Shown piece by piece: positions 22,691 through 35,988 of a DNA stretch of 64,000 bases (within the stretch, counting starts at the first letter, position 1; the number at the start of each line of letters is the position of its first letter). The DNA lies in the NCBI GenBank assembly GCA_013239625.1, contig MU054187.1, forward strand, positions 13,300,974 to 13,364,973. Reading direction: 5' to 3'. The notes below the pieces were generated by a model, which saw nothing but the letters and a program-made list of their open reading frames with translations, searched no databases and had not been told where the DNA came from. Both the position numbers and the translations under genes were made by a program. The DNA is from Lama guanicoe (taxonomy: Eukaryota).

Positions 22691-25189
22691 CTGGGGAAGC
22701 TGTTTATTTAATAGTGAAATATAGCGACAGAGGGGAAGGAGGGGTAGTTCTCTTTTTTTTTTAAGTTACCCACTTCTTCCATTTTTCTGATTCCATAATT
22801 TTATGATAATTTGGCCAACTCAAAATGCAGCTGTACTCATCAGTTTTCCAAATGAATATTTATATAACTTGATGCAGACTCCGGGGCCAAATTTTTAGTG
22901 GACCTTTACAAACATTTCATTGCATTTCAGTCTTATCTGCTTAGAAAGGCAAGCATCACATTTTCCTATACACATCCCAGAATTACCTCTGCCAATTTAA
23001 GATTTCATGATAAGTTTGCGTTTGTAAGCTTCATTTCCTGATGACTTGACGTGGGCCCTTGCAAATTATAATTCTGTGTATGTTCCATAGGATTAAGAGG
23101 ACAATCACAAAGCCTGGCCTGCAATGGCCCTTATTGCCTGATTTTAGAGCTCAGATATTTTTATAATAATATTTTTCCCACAGCTGATTTTAATAAAATC
23201 TGTAATACTAATTGCTATGAAAATGAAGGGCATGTGATAAGGGTTCTTCCTTTCAGCCCAGCAGACTTGTTTTGAACACACTGATGTCTAGCACTGGGAT
23301 ATTTTTACACACATGAACTATTAATATGCATATAATGGGAAATCTTTGATCCAGGGGTTGGGACACTGGAAATATCCAAACAGTGGAATTGTTTTGAAAT
23401 TTTTTTTAAGTGGCCATCCATTTTTAAAATTAAATATTGAAATACTTGAAAATAGTATAGCTAGGTACCTTCCAGGGGACCACAATGGCAGCTCAGTGTT
23501 GCTCTGTGGCCTCAGAGATGCCAGGGTGGCCATCAGAGTAAGACGATCACCTGGCGGGCATGTGGATACCATACTATCTGCCTTAGCTCTTGGCCGGTAC
23601 ACAGTTCAGAAGGCAACCACTGTTTTAAAGTGTTATTTTTCAATCGTGCAAATACGTGTTCTATAAATCATTCCTTAATTAGGATCATGGAAAGAGATAC
23701 CACAAGGGTGTGCCTAGGGGCACAGAGCAAGTCTTTCCCTAATCGCCAGGTTCCATTGGAGTTCAGACAGCCCAGCTCCTGAAATACTGTTGGTCTGGAC
23801 TAAGATTTCAGACTATCCCACTGAATTCTCCCCTACTAGAAACATTATTTTATTAATGATGAAAATAAGACTGGCTCTTATTTACTAAGCTGTTATTACA
23901 TCAGGAACTGAGCTGAGAGTTTGACACTTACAGCCCTGTCCTCATTTTGTGGAAGAGTTTTTTCCCCTAAATCCAGAGTCATGGTTGGCTACTTGGTCCA
24001 AGCATCTGTAACAGCAGAGCTAATGAGGACACAGATCATTCTGGGCCCTGATGGGGATCACAGGCAGTAGGCGACATCCTGAATAGGAGAGTTTTGTGAG
24101 ACAGGCACTCATCTGTCCATTCTGGAGAAGAAACTAGTCATTTGCCAAACTCACAGAGCTGATGAATGCAAAGCCTTTAAATTCAGACTTCTGACCCTAG
24201 CTTCATTGCTCTTTCTACTAAGTATCTGCTACTGTCCCATTCAAATACTGTATCAGTTTTTATCAATTTGGCATAAAAAGCTTAGGAATGCAGATGACAT
24301 CTCCCTTGACAGGAAGAAATGTCCAGTGGCAGAGCTAAGATGAGTTAAGGAAATTTTGTGGTGTAATTGATTTGGAAGGGTAAACTTTCAGAACACTCAG
24401 CCTCAAAGACAACTCCTTTTTAGTCAGTGTAAGCAAAGGTAGCTTAATGCAAGCAATAGCATTCTAAACCCAGATATTTCTTCTAGCCATAGACAAAAAA
24501 AAAAAAAAAGCTGCAAAACGACATCAACTTTGAGAGAGAGATTTTCCTCGCCATGCGGTCAAACAGCACACACAAGCTCTATTACTGGCGTTGCTGAGAA
24601 ATTGTTTCTTTTACGTCATTCAAATGGCACCATAGTCTTCCCTTCAGGATCTGGCTTAAATTCAAAAAACAACAAATTACAAATTAAGACCTCCCTTTTC
24701 CAATTACTTCTTTTGTTCTGCACAGCTGGGGCTAGCCCTCCAAATCAGAGAACTTGGTATTCCAGCAGAAAGCTGCTGCTTAAAGCAGAACAGCCTTTAA
24801 TATGGGAAGGTTCTTTCTTAGATTGCCCAGAGTTTTGCCTTTCTACTTGTAATCGGCTTATTATTATAATCTACCAACAAGAAAGATGTCTTTCGCGGGA
24901 CGGTCATGAGAAGCAGACAGACTATTCTAAAGGCCAGGTTGTCCTTTTCACTCTCTACGCTGTTGTCCTTGAGGAGTGGCCCAGATGTGGCAGTGCGGCT
25001 GGTCCTCCTGCCTGTGTGGGGCAGGGTCCAGAGCCTGACTACCCGGGACTTGATGTTCATGTGCCTACATGCGTGTGCACGTGGGTGTGCGCCTGCATTT
25101 TGACACGTTTCCGCCTCTCATCTTGGAAAAGATCACTTTTTAGGCTTTAGCCTCCTCCTCATCAATAAAATTAAGGCATTGGACAAGAT

Positions 25190-25481
25190 CAGCCACTCTC
25201 AAAGGATGGTCTGGCAATATCTGGCGGTTCCCAAGACCCTTTCAAGCAGTCCTCATGGTCAAAACTATTTTCACGATGACAGCTAAAGGTGTAATTTTCC
25301 TTTTTCACTCATGCTCTCACCAGTGGACAGTGGAGTTTTCCAGAGAGGCTCCCTGACATGTGATGATGTCATCACTCTAAAAGTGTGCTTAATAATTTTT
25401 AGTCTTAAAAATCTAATAGGATTCTCAGTAGTTTTGAGGAATTAAAAGGGATCTTAAGATCAAAAAGTTTGAAAACTGCTG
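25190..25481. mobile_element. Charlie1-family non-autonomous hAT element
   Basis: AGACCCTTTCA...GGTCAAAACTATTTTCA...CAGTGGAGTTTTCCAGAG...CAAAAAGTTTGAAAACTGCTG terminus. Confidence 0.75.
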
Positions 25482-27117
25482 GACTGGATCACCTCTGCCT
25501 TGATGGTTTCTAACTACTACTGCTAGAGCTCAAATGTCCTTTTCATAAAAGGTGGTGATGATAGGTCTTAAATGCTCAAATACTTTTTTAAAAACCTCCT
25601 ACTTGGTAAGATAAAAAGGTGTATCCTTTATAAGTCCCTCCATTAAAAAAATTATTATACTACTGGTTTATACACAGGCAGCCCTATGAACTCTTCTTGT
25701 TACTGCCAAAGATTCAGAAAAAACCATTACTTTTTATGTAGACTGCCATCACTCAAACAGGCATTCATGGTGTTCTGTGAAACTGTCCTCAGGCCCCCAG
25801 AGCATTTATATAGAGTTTGCACTTAGTTGATAATGTAACTAATAAGGACACACTTCTCTCCATTACCACTGATTCTCTAGTGTTGAGTTCTGCCCTGTTT
25901 TGTCTTTACTTGGGCTTTCCTAGGTTTCCCACTATTAATTTCAAGTCAGATCCTCAGACAAGCCGAAAGCTCATTCCTCAAACGTTATTTTAAGGTGTCA
26001 GAAGAAACTGATCAATGTAAACTCTTCCAGGAGGTGCTCAAAAAAATGCCTGCTGGCAACCTCCAAGGGGAACATTCCCAATTCAATCAATAGCTCTCTT
26101 TGCAACAGTATGTCTTTGACAGATTACTTCTGGGTAAGCTACAAGACAGAAAGTTCAATTTTCAATTTTGAATAGGAATCTTTATGCTTAAAGAATTGCA
26201 ACTCAGGATAATATCAATGAATATTTCCTTTCCCGAACCAATTATATGGTAAAATAGGATTATTGTGTTCATTTTATCTGTATAAAGTCCATCACATTAA
26301 ATGATACATCAGCTAATCAATTGATTCCAAAGCACTTTGGGAGTGCCAAAGGATGCTTTGCTAACTCACAGACTCCCTCTTTAATTGGCTTCCCATGGTA
26401 CTTTTCTCTTGATTTTTTTAAAGTATTTCTTTTTATTCTCCATTATCTCATCTTTTTTCCTCCTTGTTGGACTGATGTGACAAGGGGTGTCGAATTCATG
26501 ATGAAAGAAAATAATTGAACCCAGTGAACTCACCACAGGAAACTCTGAGTTCCAACTCTGGCACCGTCTCCCCTTCATTATCAAACCCTGGAGTTTCACA
26601 GTTGGGACAATGTATGTTGTTATAATACTTCATGGAGATGTTGTAAAGATTACTGAATGCATTTGCTTTGGCATCACTAGTCTAAAAGGCGAGGCAGAGA
26701 TAAATCTTTTTCCAAATGCACTCCCCTTGAGCGAGGGTACAAGATCTGGGAAGCAACTGTCAGCCCAAATGGCAATCAGGTCAGTAGCACTAGAAACAAG
26801 GTGATCAGTACTACGCTTTTCTTCACTTATAGGAAGTTGCAGTTAGCTTAATTTCTTTGGGAGGAAATCTGAGGGACTTACCACCTGGGAAGTAGAACCT
26901 TGCTTGGAAATTGACTTCATTCTGGTATGGGTTTCATGGGTAGGTGAAAGGATCAGGGAGCAGGTCTCAGACCCAAATGCTCACCCAGCTCTATTACACT
27001 TCTCATTTGCTCTCTGGGAAATCATCAGCTAACGACTTTCAGTGCAGAATCCCTCTGATCGCTGCAAAGTTCTATTCTCCCGCGGAAGGACCTTCCCAAT
27101 GATGACATCCCCGCCTG

Positions 27118-27342
27118 CAGTTGGGCTTCTCAAACCTGAAGCACCACTGACATCTGGGATAGCGTAGCTCTTTGTTTGGGAGTGGGAAGGCCTGTACGTT
27201 GGAGGATGTCTAGCAGCAACCCTGGCCTCTGCCCACTAGAAGCCAGTAGCGTTCCCTCTTCAAGGGGTGACAATCAAAAATACCTCCACACATTGCCAAA
27301 TATTCCCTGGGGGCCAAAATCACCCTCAGTTGAGTACTGCTA
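27118..27342. mobile_element. MER20 hAT MITE
   Basis: GGATGTCTAGCAGCAACCCTGGCCTCTGCCCACTAGA..CCAGTAGC...GTGACAATCAAAAAT..CTCCA.ACATTGCCAAAT. Confidence 0.85.
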
Positions 27343-27692
27343 GTCTAGAGTCATAGAATGTCAGAATTAGAAAAGACTGTTCATATCATATAGTTCTTTT
27401 TTCTCCCCAAACTGTAGCTCATTGAGGTATGTACCGCTTGAGGTATGCCTGATGGTTTTAGGTAGAAAGCAGCACTAAACGGCATCAACTCTCATGACGG
27501 ACAGTAATTGCCTTTGCGGTTGTCTCTTGGACGTTCTCTTTAATCAAGGAGAAAGTCTCTGTTTAGTACTACAGCCTCAATAACACCTCCCTAGTATTTG
27601 CGTATGGCAGCTGCCAAAGCCAGCGAGGCCTCAGGCACACAGCCTTCAGCAGCCATTATTGAGCTGGTATTTAGGAACATTTTTTTCTTTTT

Positions 27693-27820
27693 TGAGGTGG
27701 GGGGTAAAATAGGTTTGTTTGTTTATTTGTTTGTTCGTTTAATGGATGTACTGGGGATTGAACCCAGGACCTCATCTGTGCTAAGCACGCACTCTACCAC
27801 TAAGCTAGACCCTCCCCCCA
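27693..27820 (-). mobile_element. Camelid tRNA-derived SINE (Vic-1 type)
   Basis: Minus strand GGGGAGGGTCTAGCTTAGTGGTAGAGTGCGTGCTTAGCACAGATGAGGTCCTGGGTTCAATCCCCAGTAC (Pol III A/B boxes), AAAC-rich tail, about 15-bp TSD (27678-27692 / 27822-27836, 2 mismatches). Confidence 0.85.
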
Positions 27821-27944
27821 CCACTGTTTTCTTTTTACGGTATTTATTTTGTATGGTTTTCTTATTTGTGGTAAGTGGCATTGATTCCTCATCTGCCCTA
27901 CCGATGCAAAAGTTTATTTTAAAATTAATGTATTTGGTAACCTC

Positions 27945-28420
27945 ACTGGAAAACACTTACCTACCACTCAGCAATGCCACGCCTAGATATTTATCCACAG
28001 AAACCTGGATTTATAGTCCCTGAAAGACACGTGAAGAAAGTTCTAACAGCCCTGTTTGTAGCAGTCCCAAATTGGCTATTATCCAGAAGGCCATCCACAA
28101 ATACACTATAGACGCTCACATAAGGGAACTTACACAGCAAGGAGAAGAATGAACCAAGCCATTACACAGCAATGAAGGTGAACCTCACAAAATATTGAAT
28201 GAAGGAAGCCAGACCAAGCAAAAATCTATCTATCTGGCTATCAGGAGAGTAGTCACCCTCATGCACCGGACAGGAAGGAGCTTCTGGGTGCAGGCGATAA
28301 CCTGGCTTCTTTATCTGGTGGCGTGGGTGTGCCGAGTGTGTAAAAGTTCATCTAGCATATATTATGATTTGTTGTGTGTATACACTAAATTTCAATAAAA
28401 TTTCAAAGTTAAAATAAAAA
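27945..28420 (+). mobile_element. Old L1ME-like 3' end
   Basis: CAGCAATGCCACGCCTAGATATTTATCC, TGAACCTCACAAAATATTGAATGAAGGAAGCCAGAC, TTTCAATAAAA tail. Confidence 0.75.
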
Positions 28421-28646
28421 AAGTAAGTAGATTGAGAGACAAATATTAAGCAATATTAAGTAAATAATTGTACCCATCATATGTTGAATGAAGGAACACA
28501 ATATGCATACAGTTTGTAAACAACTGAAGCTGGGGAAATCCTGGCTTCGTACAACCCTGTGGGTGTTAAAAACAGGACACGTCAGATCAGGAGAAGGAGT
28601 GACCTTCCCAGAGACCTCAGGCCATGGGTAGCTGGTGACTCTGCAA

Positions 28647-28948
28647 CCATTATCAAAGCGTTAACTCCCACTTCAGCATCTTCTGTAACGAGACAGGTGC
28701 TTGCCAGGTGCCCGACCACCTGGTCTCAACCCTCCATTTCTGGCATCCCCTTATTCCTGCCTCTTCAATCAGCCACCTGCCATGGTCACACCAGCACCCA
28801 TTATCAAAGCGTTAACTCCCACTTCAGCATCTTCTGTAACGAGACAGGTGCTTGCCAGGTGCCCGACCACCTGGTCTCAACCCTCCATTTCTGGCATCCC
28901 CCTATTCCTGCCTCTTCAATCAGCCACCTGCCATGGTCACACCAGCAC
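28647..28948. repeat. Direct tandem duplication, 2 x 151 bp
   Basis: 28647-28797 repeated at 28798-28948; one mismatch seen (T28751 vs C28902). Confidence 0.95.
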
Positions 28949-31427
28949 TTTCAAGTGGACAAATCGGAAACTTATTGACATGATGCACCTCAGTTTTGCC
29001 CAGTGTCTCCAGAACATCCAGGTACCCACAGGTCTGTGCAGGCACTGGGCCCCCTAATCTTTCCCCGTTGGTTGACGTGAAGGAACAGAGCAAAGTGCGG
29101 AGGACTCCCAACCCTGCTTGTTCTCATTATCTTAATAGAAACCACACTGATAATTTCTAAAGCTTGACATTATTCTCAAATCATTTCAAAGCATTTCCAG
29201 GTATCACTGTCTAAAGTGAAAGCAAAATGCAGAACACTGACTGTGAAAAGGGAGAGGGCAAGAGGGAAGGCATCCTCTTCTTTCTTCTAAAAGACGTCAG
29301 TTGAAAAGCCCCTCCGCAGCCCCTACAGGGGAGCAGTTTTCTCCATCGTCCTTCGTACAGACTTACTTGTCACCTCCTAAGGACACTGCTCTTGAGTTCA
29401 GAACCACTGTGGTGAGGTGGAAAGGGGCCTGGGTTTGGTGTGGGATGCTTTCGGCGGTGGTAGGGGGGTGCTGCTCATCTCACTCAAAATCATCACCTGT
29501 GAGATGAGAACGAGAAACATGCACCCTGTGTATCCCACAGGGCTGTCATGGGACCCATGCAAAATACAGCACGTGGGCAACGACGTGTATGAAAGGTGGA
29601 GTGAGGCTAATTGCTTTCGCCGTTAGGCAAATACTTTGCCTCTCGTAATGGACATCATAGTTGGCATATCTTAATATTAACATGGTATTGGCAATGCTAG
29701 TTTGCCTCCATAAAATATTTTAACTTGACCAGAGACAGCACCTTACAGTTGCTTCATTTATAATGGGGCGAACCCAGGCTTAAAGTTCTAGAAAAAGTGT
29801 TTCATTTCATTGCAATGAGAAACTCAACTGAAACAGATTTACTACCGTGTCCCTGGGATGATTATTCCTCTAGATGGAAATGCTTCTCTGCAGTCTTCCC
29901 CAAGATAAGCAGTGTGGCATTCTGGGCATCCAGCCGGCTCCAGTGGAGAACTGGGCATTATGGAAAGTTTTGCATGAATAGTATACAGAGGGATTCTGTA
30001 ATGGTGTTAGAAATTATGCCAATGACACAGTGGATGATTAAGCTATGATTTCTTCTCAAACGCTACTAGACCTCTTCGCATACGGAATCAGGATGAGAAT
30101 AACGGTGGTCTTCAGCCTGCATTACACGGAGGTTCGACTTCTGAAAGTGATTTTTGAGCCTAACTGGTATGATTTTTTATTTCCCAGGCCAAAATTATGT
30201 CAACAGCAGAGGCTTGATTGCTGTCTTGTCAATGTGTTTAGGTACCACGGAAGGCGCTTGTTTTTACTTATGTGTGACAATCACATTGGGCTGAAGAAAC
30301 AGGAAAAGCTCCTGCAATGAAATGCTCTGCAGTGAAAGGGACTCAACCTTTGCAAGTTTACAAGTTGCTGGATTTCCAGTGGCCTGAGAGGAAGCCCCTA
30401 GGGCCGGAAGTTGGCATGTCATTGTGTATCCCTTAGCCTGACCTGCTCCAAACATCAGCTCAGACACAAAAGACACTTTGCTCCAAATGACACTTTTACC
30501 TCCAGGCTGGTAACCCTATCATCTTCCTGAGTGACACCTCCACCACATCGACTCTTGTCAGAAAGGAAACCTTTTCATTCTTTGAAGCTCAAAGCCAGCA
30601 ACTTTCTTCACAGTGACCTTGAGGGGCTGATCACCCCTTGGTACTTGCCAACCACAGATTAATTTCTATTGTTTCGCCCAGAGACACCTGTCAAGGAGCT
30701 ATGGATTCATGTAAGCCTCCCCTGACGGGCTAAGTCAGTTTAAATTTACTTGCAAGTGGATTTGTTTGTGGTTGATACTTTGATGGGAATTACGGAACAT
30801 AGCAGGCTCTTGAAAACACTCTCGATTAGAAAAAATAGCATGAAATATCAGTGGAGCTGAACATATTTGCATCCGTGTAAGGACTGCAAAATTGTTAGAA
30901 GAAACAAGTTAGGTTAAACCATTCTATTTTGTTAACTAGACCAAGAGAAACAGAGCCAAAGACTCGATTTGAGGGTTGGCCTCAAATAGTTTCCTGTAAT
31001 GAAAATGGGGAGGAAAGAAACAATCCAACGGCAATGAGAACCAACTTCGATTTAAATCAAGCTGTTGGAAGCTCAGAGAGAGTACTTTTCCTTACCTTGT
31101 TTTCCATTTTAAAAATCCTCTTTCTCACTTAAGGCTGTGTGAGAAATTGCCCAGAGATTATTGGAAAAACTTGTTAGATGGGCCATCTGACACATTTTGC
31201 TTCTGAGCAACAAAAGAAAAGGCCCAGGGGTCCTGCCACGATATCATTCAAGAACAGAGTTACTGGGAGTTGAATTTGGAGATGCTTTTTACAGTTTTCT
31301 GTGTTGCATTGAACTGAAACAGAAGGCCTTTGGGACTCCTGGAGTACCATGCACTTGTGCTGGTCCTCTGTGTCTTAGGGTCTCTGTAACCCTTAAATGT
31401 TGAGGGGTCTGTGTGTGTGCATTTGTG

Positions 31428-32022
31428 GGTTTTAGTTGAGGTGAAATTCACATCTCACAATATTAACCATTTTCCAGCGTGCAACACAATGCTTTTTAGT
31501 GTATTCAGAATGCCATACATCCATCACCACTAACCAGTTCCAAAACGTTATCATCCCCCGAAGAAATCCTGTGCTCCCTAAGCAGTCACTCCCCATTCCC
31601 CGTTCCCACTAACCCTTAAGCAACTACTAATCTACTTGTTGTCTCCATGGATTTGCCTATTTTGGCTATTTCCTAGAAATGGAGTCGTGTAATATGTAAC
31701 TTTTTGTGTCTGGCTTTCACTCAGCGTGATGTTTTCAAGGTCCGTCCGTGCTGCAGCACGTATAGTACTTGATTTCTTCGTATCAACGAATAATATTCCA
31801 TTGCATGGATAGACCACATTTGTTTATTTATTCATTGATGGATATCTGGGTTGTTTCCACCTTTAAGCTACTATGAAGAGTGCGGCTGTGAATATTTGTG
31901 TGTAAATATTTGAATACCTGTTTTCAGTTCTTGTGGGCATTTACCTCCGAGTGGAAGTGCTGGGTCATATGGTAATTCTGTTTAAATTCCCGTGGGGAAT
32001 CACCAAACTGTTTTCCACAGCA
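31428..32022 (-). mobile_element. L1MB-like 3' end
   Basis: TTGAGGTGAAATTCACA...AGCAGTCACTCCCCATTCCC...ATGGATTTGCCTATT...CCAAACTGTTTTCCACAG. Confidence 0.9.
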
Positions 32023-34987
32023 CGTGCTCAGGTACTTGTGTGCATATAATCCATCTCTTTTCTTTTCACATCTTTTCGAACACGACTCAAGCAAAATAGA
32101 TAAATCTTTAGAGGACCCTGTCTTCTTGAGTCTTCTCAGTGTGGAGTTGGAAGCAGCAGCTGTCATCTGTTCCATTTGGAAACCCTTTCTGGGGGCCTGA
32201 TAATATGAGACTTTGTTCAACCTGCTTTATGAATCACCCCCAACTCCAAATCTGTCTCTATCGGGGAGGACAACTGTCCTATTTGGGAAGTATTAAACAC
32301 AGTAAACACTTCTCTATGCTGTGACCTCTTAAGACCTGGATCTGCAGTTGGAAATCTGCCCCCTTTCCTCACATTGGTGCAGAGCAGCAAAGGGACTTTT
32401 AAATCAAGGGAACCAAGCTCCTGAGGCTGTTGGAGGCTCTGAGATGATCGTGTTCTTGTCTTGTCCCCCAGGTTATATCACATCCTCTTCTCATTCTCCT
32501 TCACGTATCTAGGGTCTGGGTCCCTGAGCCTTGAGAGGTGGGAAGATGTTCAGCAGGTGGGCCTCCAGGAGAAGGGAATTCCAGGCAGAGAAAACGGTCC
32601 ATGGAAACAAACATCATAAAAGCTGAGTGAAAGGAAGGACTCCTGAGAAGGGTGTGAGTTATTTCCAACTTTCTCTGTGGGAACTGGAAAACTGTTGAGA
32701 GGAAGTACAGAATCCCATAGGAAACAGAGATCCTCTCTTTAAAAAAAAAAGTTTTATCCATATTATTTTTGAATTTTCATCCAAAGTTAGAAAGAAAGCT
32801 CCTTTACTGTGTCAAAACAAAAATAAAACCCGACAGGCGTCTTTGAACCCTACACATTGCCCAGCTCATCCGTGGATACATAGAAATAGGAGGTTCTGAC
32901 ATTCTGGAATATCATCCAAACCACTGTTTAAGTTTTGAGACAATACTTGTTTTTACTCAGCCTTTCCTGGAGGCTTCCAAGTTCTCCAAGATTAATAAAT
33001 AAATGAGTTGTTTAGCCATTTCTGTGAATTGTTTATGTTACAAAGTCACCTCCGTCCTTTAGTCTCCAAGCATTCCGTTACTGCCAGCTGATGACTGTTA
33101 ATACACATTCTCTGATTCCCTGAGTGTTCAACGGGGCTAGAGTTTCTTATTAAGCATGGATTTAAGAAAGAGTTCATTCTTTCTGACTTCAGGTCATAAT
33201 GACTTCTCCGTCTCTGCTCATTTATCGGGAAGACAACTTCCTCTTGGAACCACTTTCTTGGTTCTTGAAATATCACTGGGTTCGACTCTTATTTGCTAAG
33301 TTATGGATTCAAAAAGGCCCAGTTTGCTACCTTGGACCCCCTGGTGGCTAAAGAGACTTAATTTACACTCCAAGTAATTAATTTATGATCCTAGGCTAAC
33401 TTGGACACAGTGCAGTGGCAAATTTGAGTCTGATTTTTTTTGAATGATGTATTTAAGATCTATATAATTTACTTTTTCTTTTTGTCCATAGACCGTCTTT
33501 GTACTGACATATTCTATGTTGTCTATCCTTCCATTTTACCCTTACATAATAAAGTCTTTGAAAATCCTACCTCTACATTTTCTCTCTTCATGGGTTAGTA
33601 TTACTCATGAGACCAGGAAATTTCAACAGTGTCTCAGATCTCACTTCTTTTCCCTATCATCCAAAAATGGGAGAGCTCATATTTAAGAATTGTGTTTCCA
33701 GGGACTTGAATGGGCGGTGATGTCCTGAGAAAGAGGTTGAAAAGGGGCAAATCTTCTCCCAGGTCTTCCGGAAAAGGCAATGCAATGGCTTGTGTGTTGT
33801 TCCCAGACTGGGGCAGGACCACAGGAGACAAGCTAGGTCACAAAGAAGCCAGTGCTCAGCTCCCTGGAGGTAATTTAGTTGAGTCGGTTGTGGAACAATC
33901 CACACTTTTTTAAACTCAGCTGTTCTCAAGATGCAGCGCAGGGAGACAGGAGTGAAGAGCTGAGAACTCCGGGCGAGGGTCATGTCCTGTGTTATTACGT
34001 GCTTAAGAAGGTAGTTAAGAGGTTGGTGGTGGAGAAACCACCACTCAAAGGAGAGGACGGACTCCCAGACACATCGTCTTTGAGCTCCTTTTATGCACCA
34101 CCGAGCCAGGCCCTCGGGTCTAGCCCGATTTGGATGTTAGACAGTCTCCTTTTCTTTTAAGGGGGTCACGGATTCTGTTTTGTTTTCCATGCGTTTTCCT
34201 GAAAGCATGCCATCGTGTTACTGTACCTCTCCCTAAAGTGAGTCAGACGTGCTGACCATTAGAACACCAAAGCGGTGGTTCCCATGGCAGCCAGAACTAC
34301 ATGGAAGCAAACAATAAAATACCAACCCTGTTCTCAGACCAGCGGAGAACTACAATCACTAGAGCAGATCGGGGACGTCGTCAGGACGCCGTGCCTTCCT
34401 GAACTTATCATTTCTTTTCCAAACTGGAGGAGTTGTTCCTCCTCCTCAGAAGGCATCTTCTCAAAGTGAACGTTAGAGTTGCTCAGACTTTCCAAGGAAG
34501 GATGCTCTTAAGTTCCCTCCTGTATGCACGGTTCTGGCTAGGATGACGTTATACGGTGGACTTGCAAACAAGACCCTTTTGTGGTCTTTCAAAGTAAAGC
34601 CAGATGTTAGTTGCTGCTTCCACAGAGACTAAATGAGGTTTCAGGTAAATCAGATATATGCATGATTATGAAACTGCATGGTCCATTTCATTGAAGTCTG
34701 CACTGGTGCAGAACATAATCTCCATGGTACAGCCTTAAAATGTGGAGTTGAACATTTACCTGGAAATATTTTCAACTTCCATAGAATCATATTTGGGTAA
34801 AATAATTACAGGGACTTGCCAGTTTTAGAATATTTACCTTTGGAACAAGGAGAGAGAAGAAGCAAATGTTCTTAGGAATATGACCAAAAAGGATTTCCTT
34901 GATTCTGTATAAATAAGACAAAGAAGACATTAAGTAGGAGACAAAAAGGGAAAATTTCTAACTGATACATTTGCTTGTGTAATTGGG

Positions 34988-35340
34988 AGACAGTATGACT
35001 CAGGGGCTAAGAGCACACACTCTGGAATTAGGCAGATCGGTGTCCATCTGCGAGCTTGACGTGTCCAAGCCTTGAGTGCCTCCCTTAAGAGGGAAATTAG
35101 AGTAATAGCAATAGTTCCCATTTAGTGAGCATTTCCTGTGTGACAGGCACCGTGCCAGGGTTCTATCCTCATTTAACCTGCCAACAACTTTGCAAGGTAG
35201 GTGCTATTATTGGCCGATTGTAAATCAGGAGACTAATACAGAGATAAGTAAGTTGCCCAAGTGCCTCACAGAGCTGACCTGTGGGTTAAGCGGTTACTAC
35301 TGGGCCTGATACATATCAGCACTAATAGATGGTACCTATG
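34988..35340. mobile_element. MIR (+) apparently interrupted by a MIR (-)
   Basis: + strand MIR head to about 35105, reverse MIR about 35105-35262 (CATTTAGTGAGCA...AAGTTGCCCAAG), MIR tail resumes at CCTCACAGAG. Confidence 0.6.
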
Positions 35341-35429
35341 GGGGAATTGGATAGTTTGCACAATGTGTATCATTATTTTCTGTTTCATTTAGAAATGCAT
35401 TTTTAGAAAGTTTTTTTCTCTCTTTCCTT

Positions 35430-35792
35430 TTCTCCCAGTTTTATTGAGGTACAATCGGTATACAAAAACTGCACATAATTAATGCATACAATTTTGTGAA
35501 TTTGGATATATGCATACACTTGTGTTAGCAACATCAGAATCCAGGTAATAAACATGTCCATCACCTCCAAAAGTTTCCCTGTGTCCTTTCATTGGTTTTT
35601 TTGTTTTGTTTTGTTGTGAGTGATAAGAACATCTAACATTAGATCAACCCCTCTTAAAATGTTAAGTAGAAAATATTTTATTATAATGATTATAATATTA
35701 TATGATAATATCTTATTAACTACGGGCACTGTGTTGAAGGGCAGATCTTTGGAACTTACTATCCTTGCATAACTGTAACTTTATACCCATTT
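35430..35792 (-). mobile_element. L1MA9/10-like 3' end
   Basis: CAGTTTTATTGAGGTA...CCATCACCTCCAAAAGTTTCC...CAGATCTTTGGAACTTA..CTTGCATAACTG. Confidence 0.8.
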
Positions 35793-35988
35793 TCAAACGT
35801 CAGATTTTAAATCTGGTCTTCCCCACTACAAGAAGTGAGCAATAGATCTTCAAAAGAAAGATTTTCTTCTGCTGCTGCTTCTCTACCTAGAGTCACCATT
35901 AAATGTCACGGGGCAGTTTTACTTTTTTTTCTCTCTCTAATGAGTGAGTTTAGTAAGGTTGCAGGATACAAGTCAATACACAAAAATT

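Larger units (their letters stand above)
27398..28543. mobile_element. Charlie4a-like hAT element, interrupted by a SINE and an L1 fragment
   Basis: AATCAAGGAGAAAGTCTC, AGGCCTCAGGCACACAGCCTT, AAATATTAAG..TAAATAAT, ACTGAAGCTGGGGAAATCCTG end. Confidence 0.65.

Noticed and set aside
24530..25150. 206-aa ORF
   Set aside because: Starts at TTG, no recognisable homology, and the end runs through low-complexity GT sequence; compatible with chance.
27745..27820. tRNA-Ala-like gene
   Set aside because: Followed by a SINE body/tail and flanked by a TSD; it is a SINE head, not a tRNA gene.
28559..29057. Two overlapping ORFs sharing an identical peptide
   Set aside because: A trivial result of the 151-bp duplication (not a multiple of 3), not a repeat protein.
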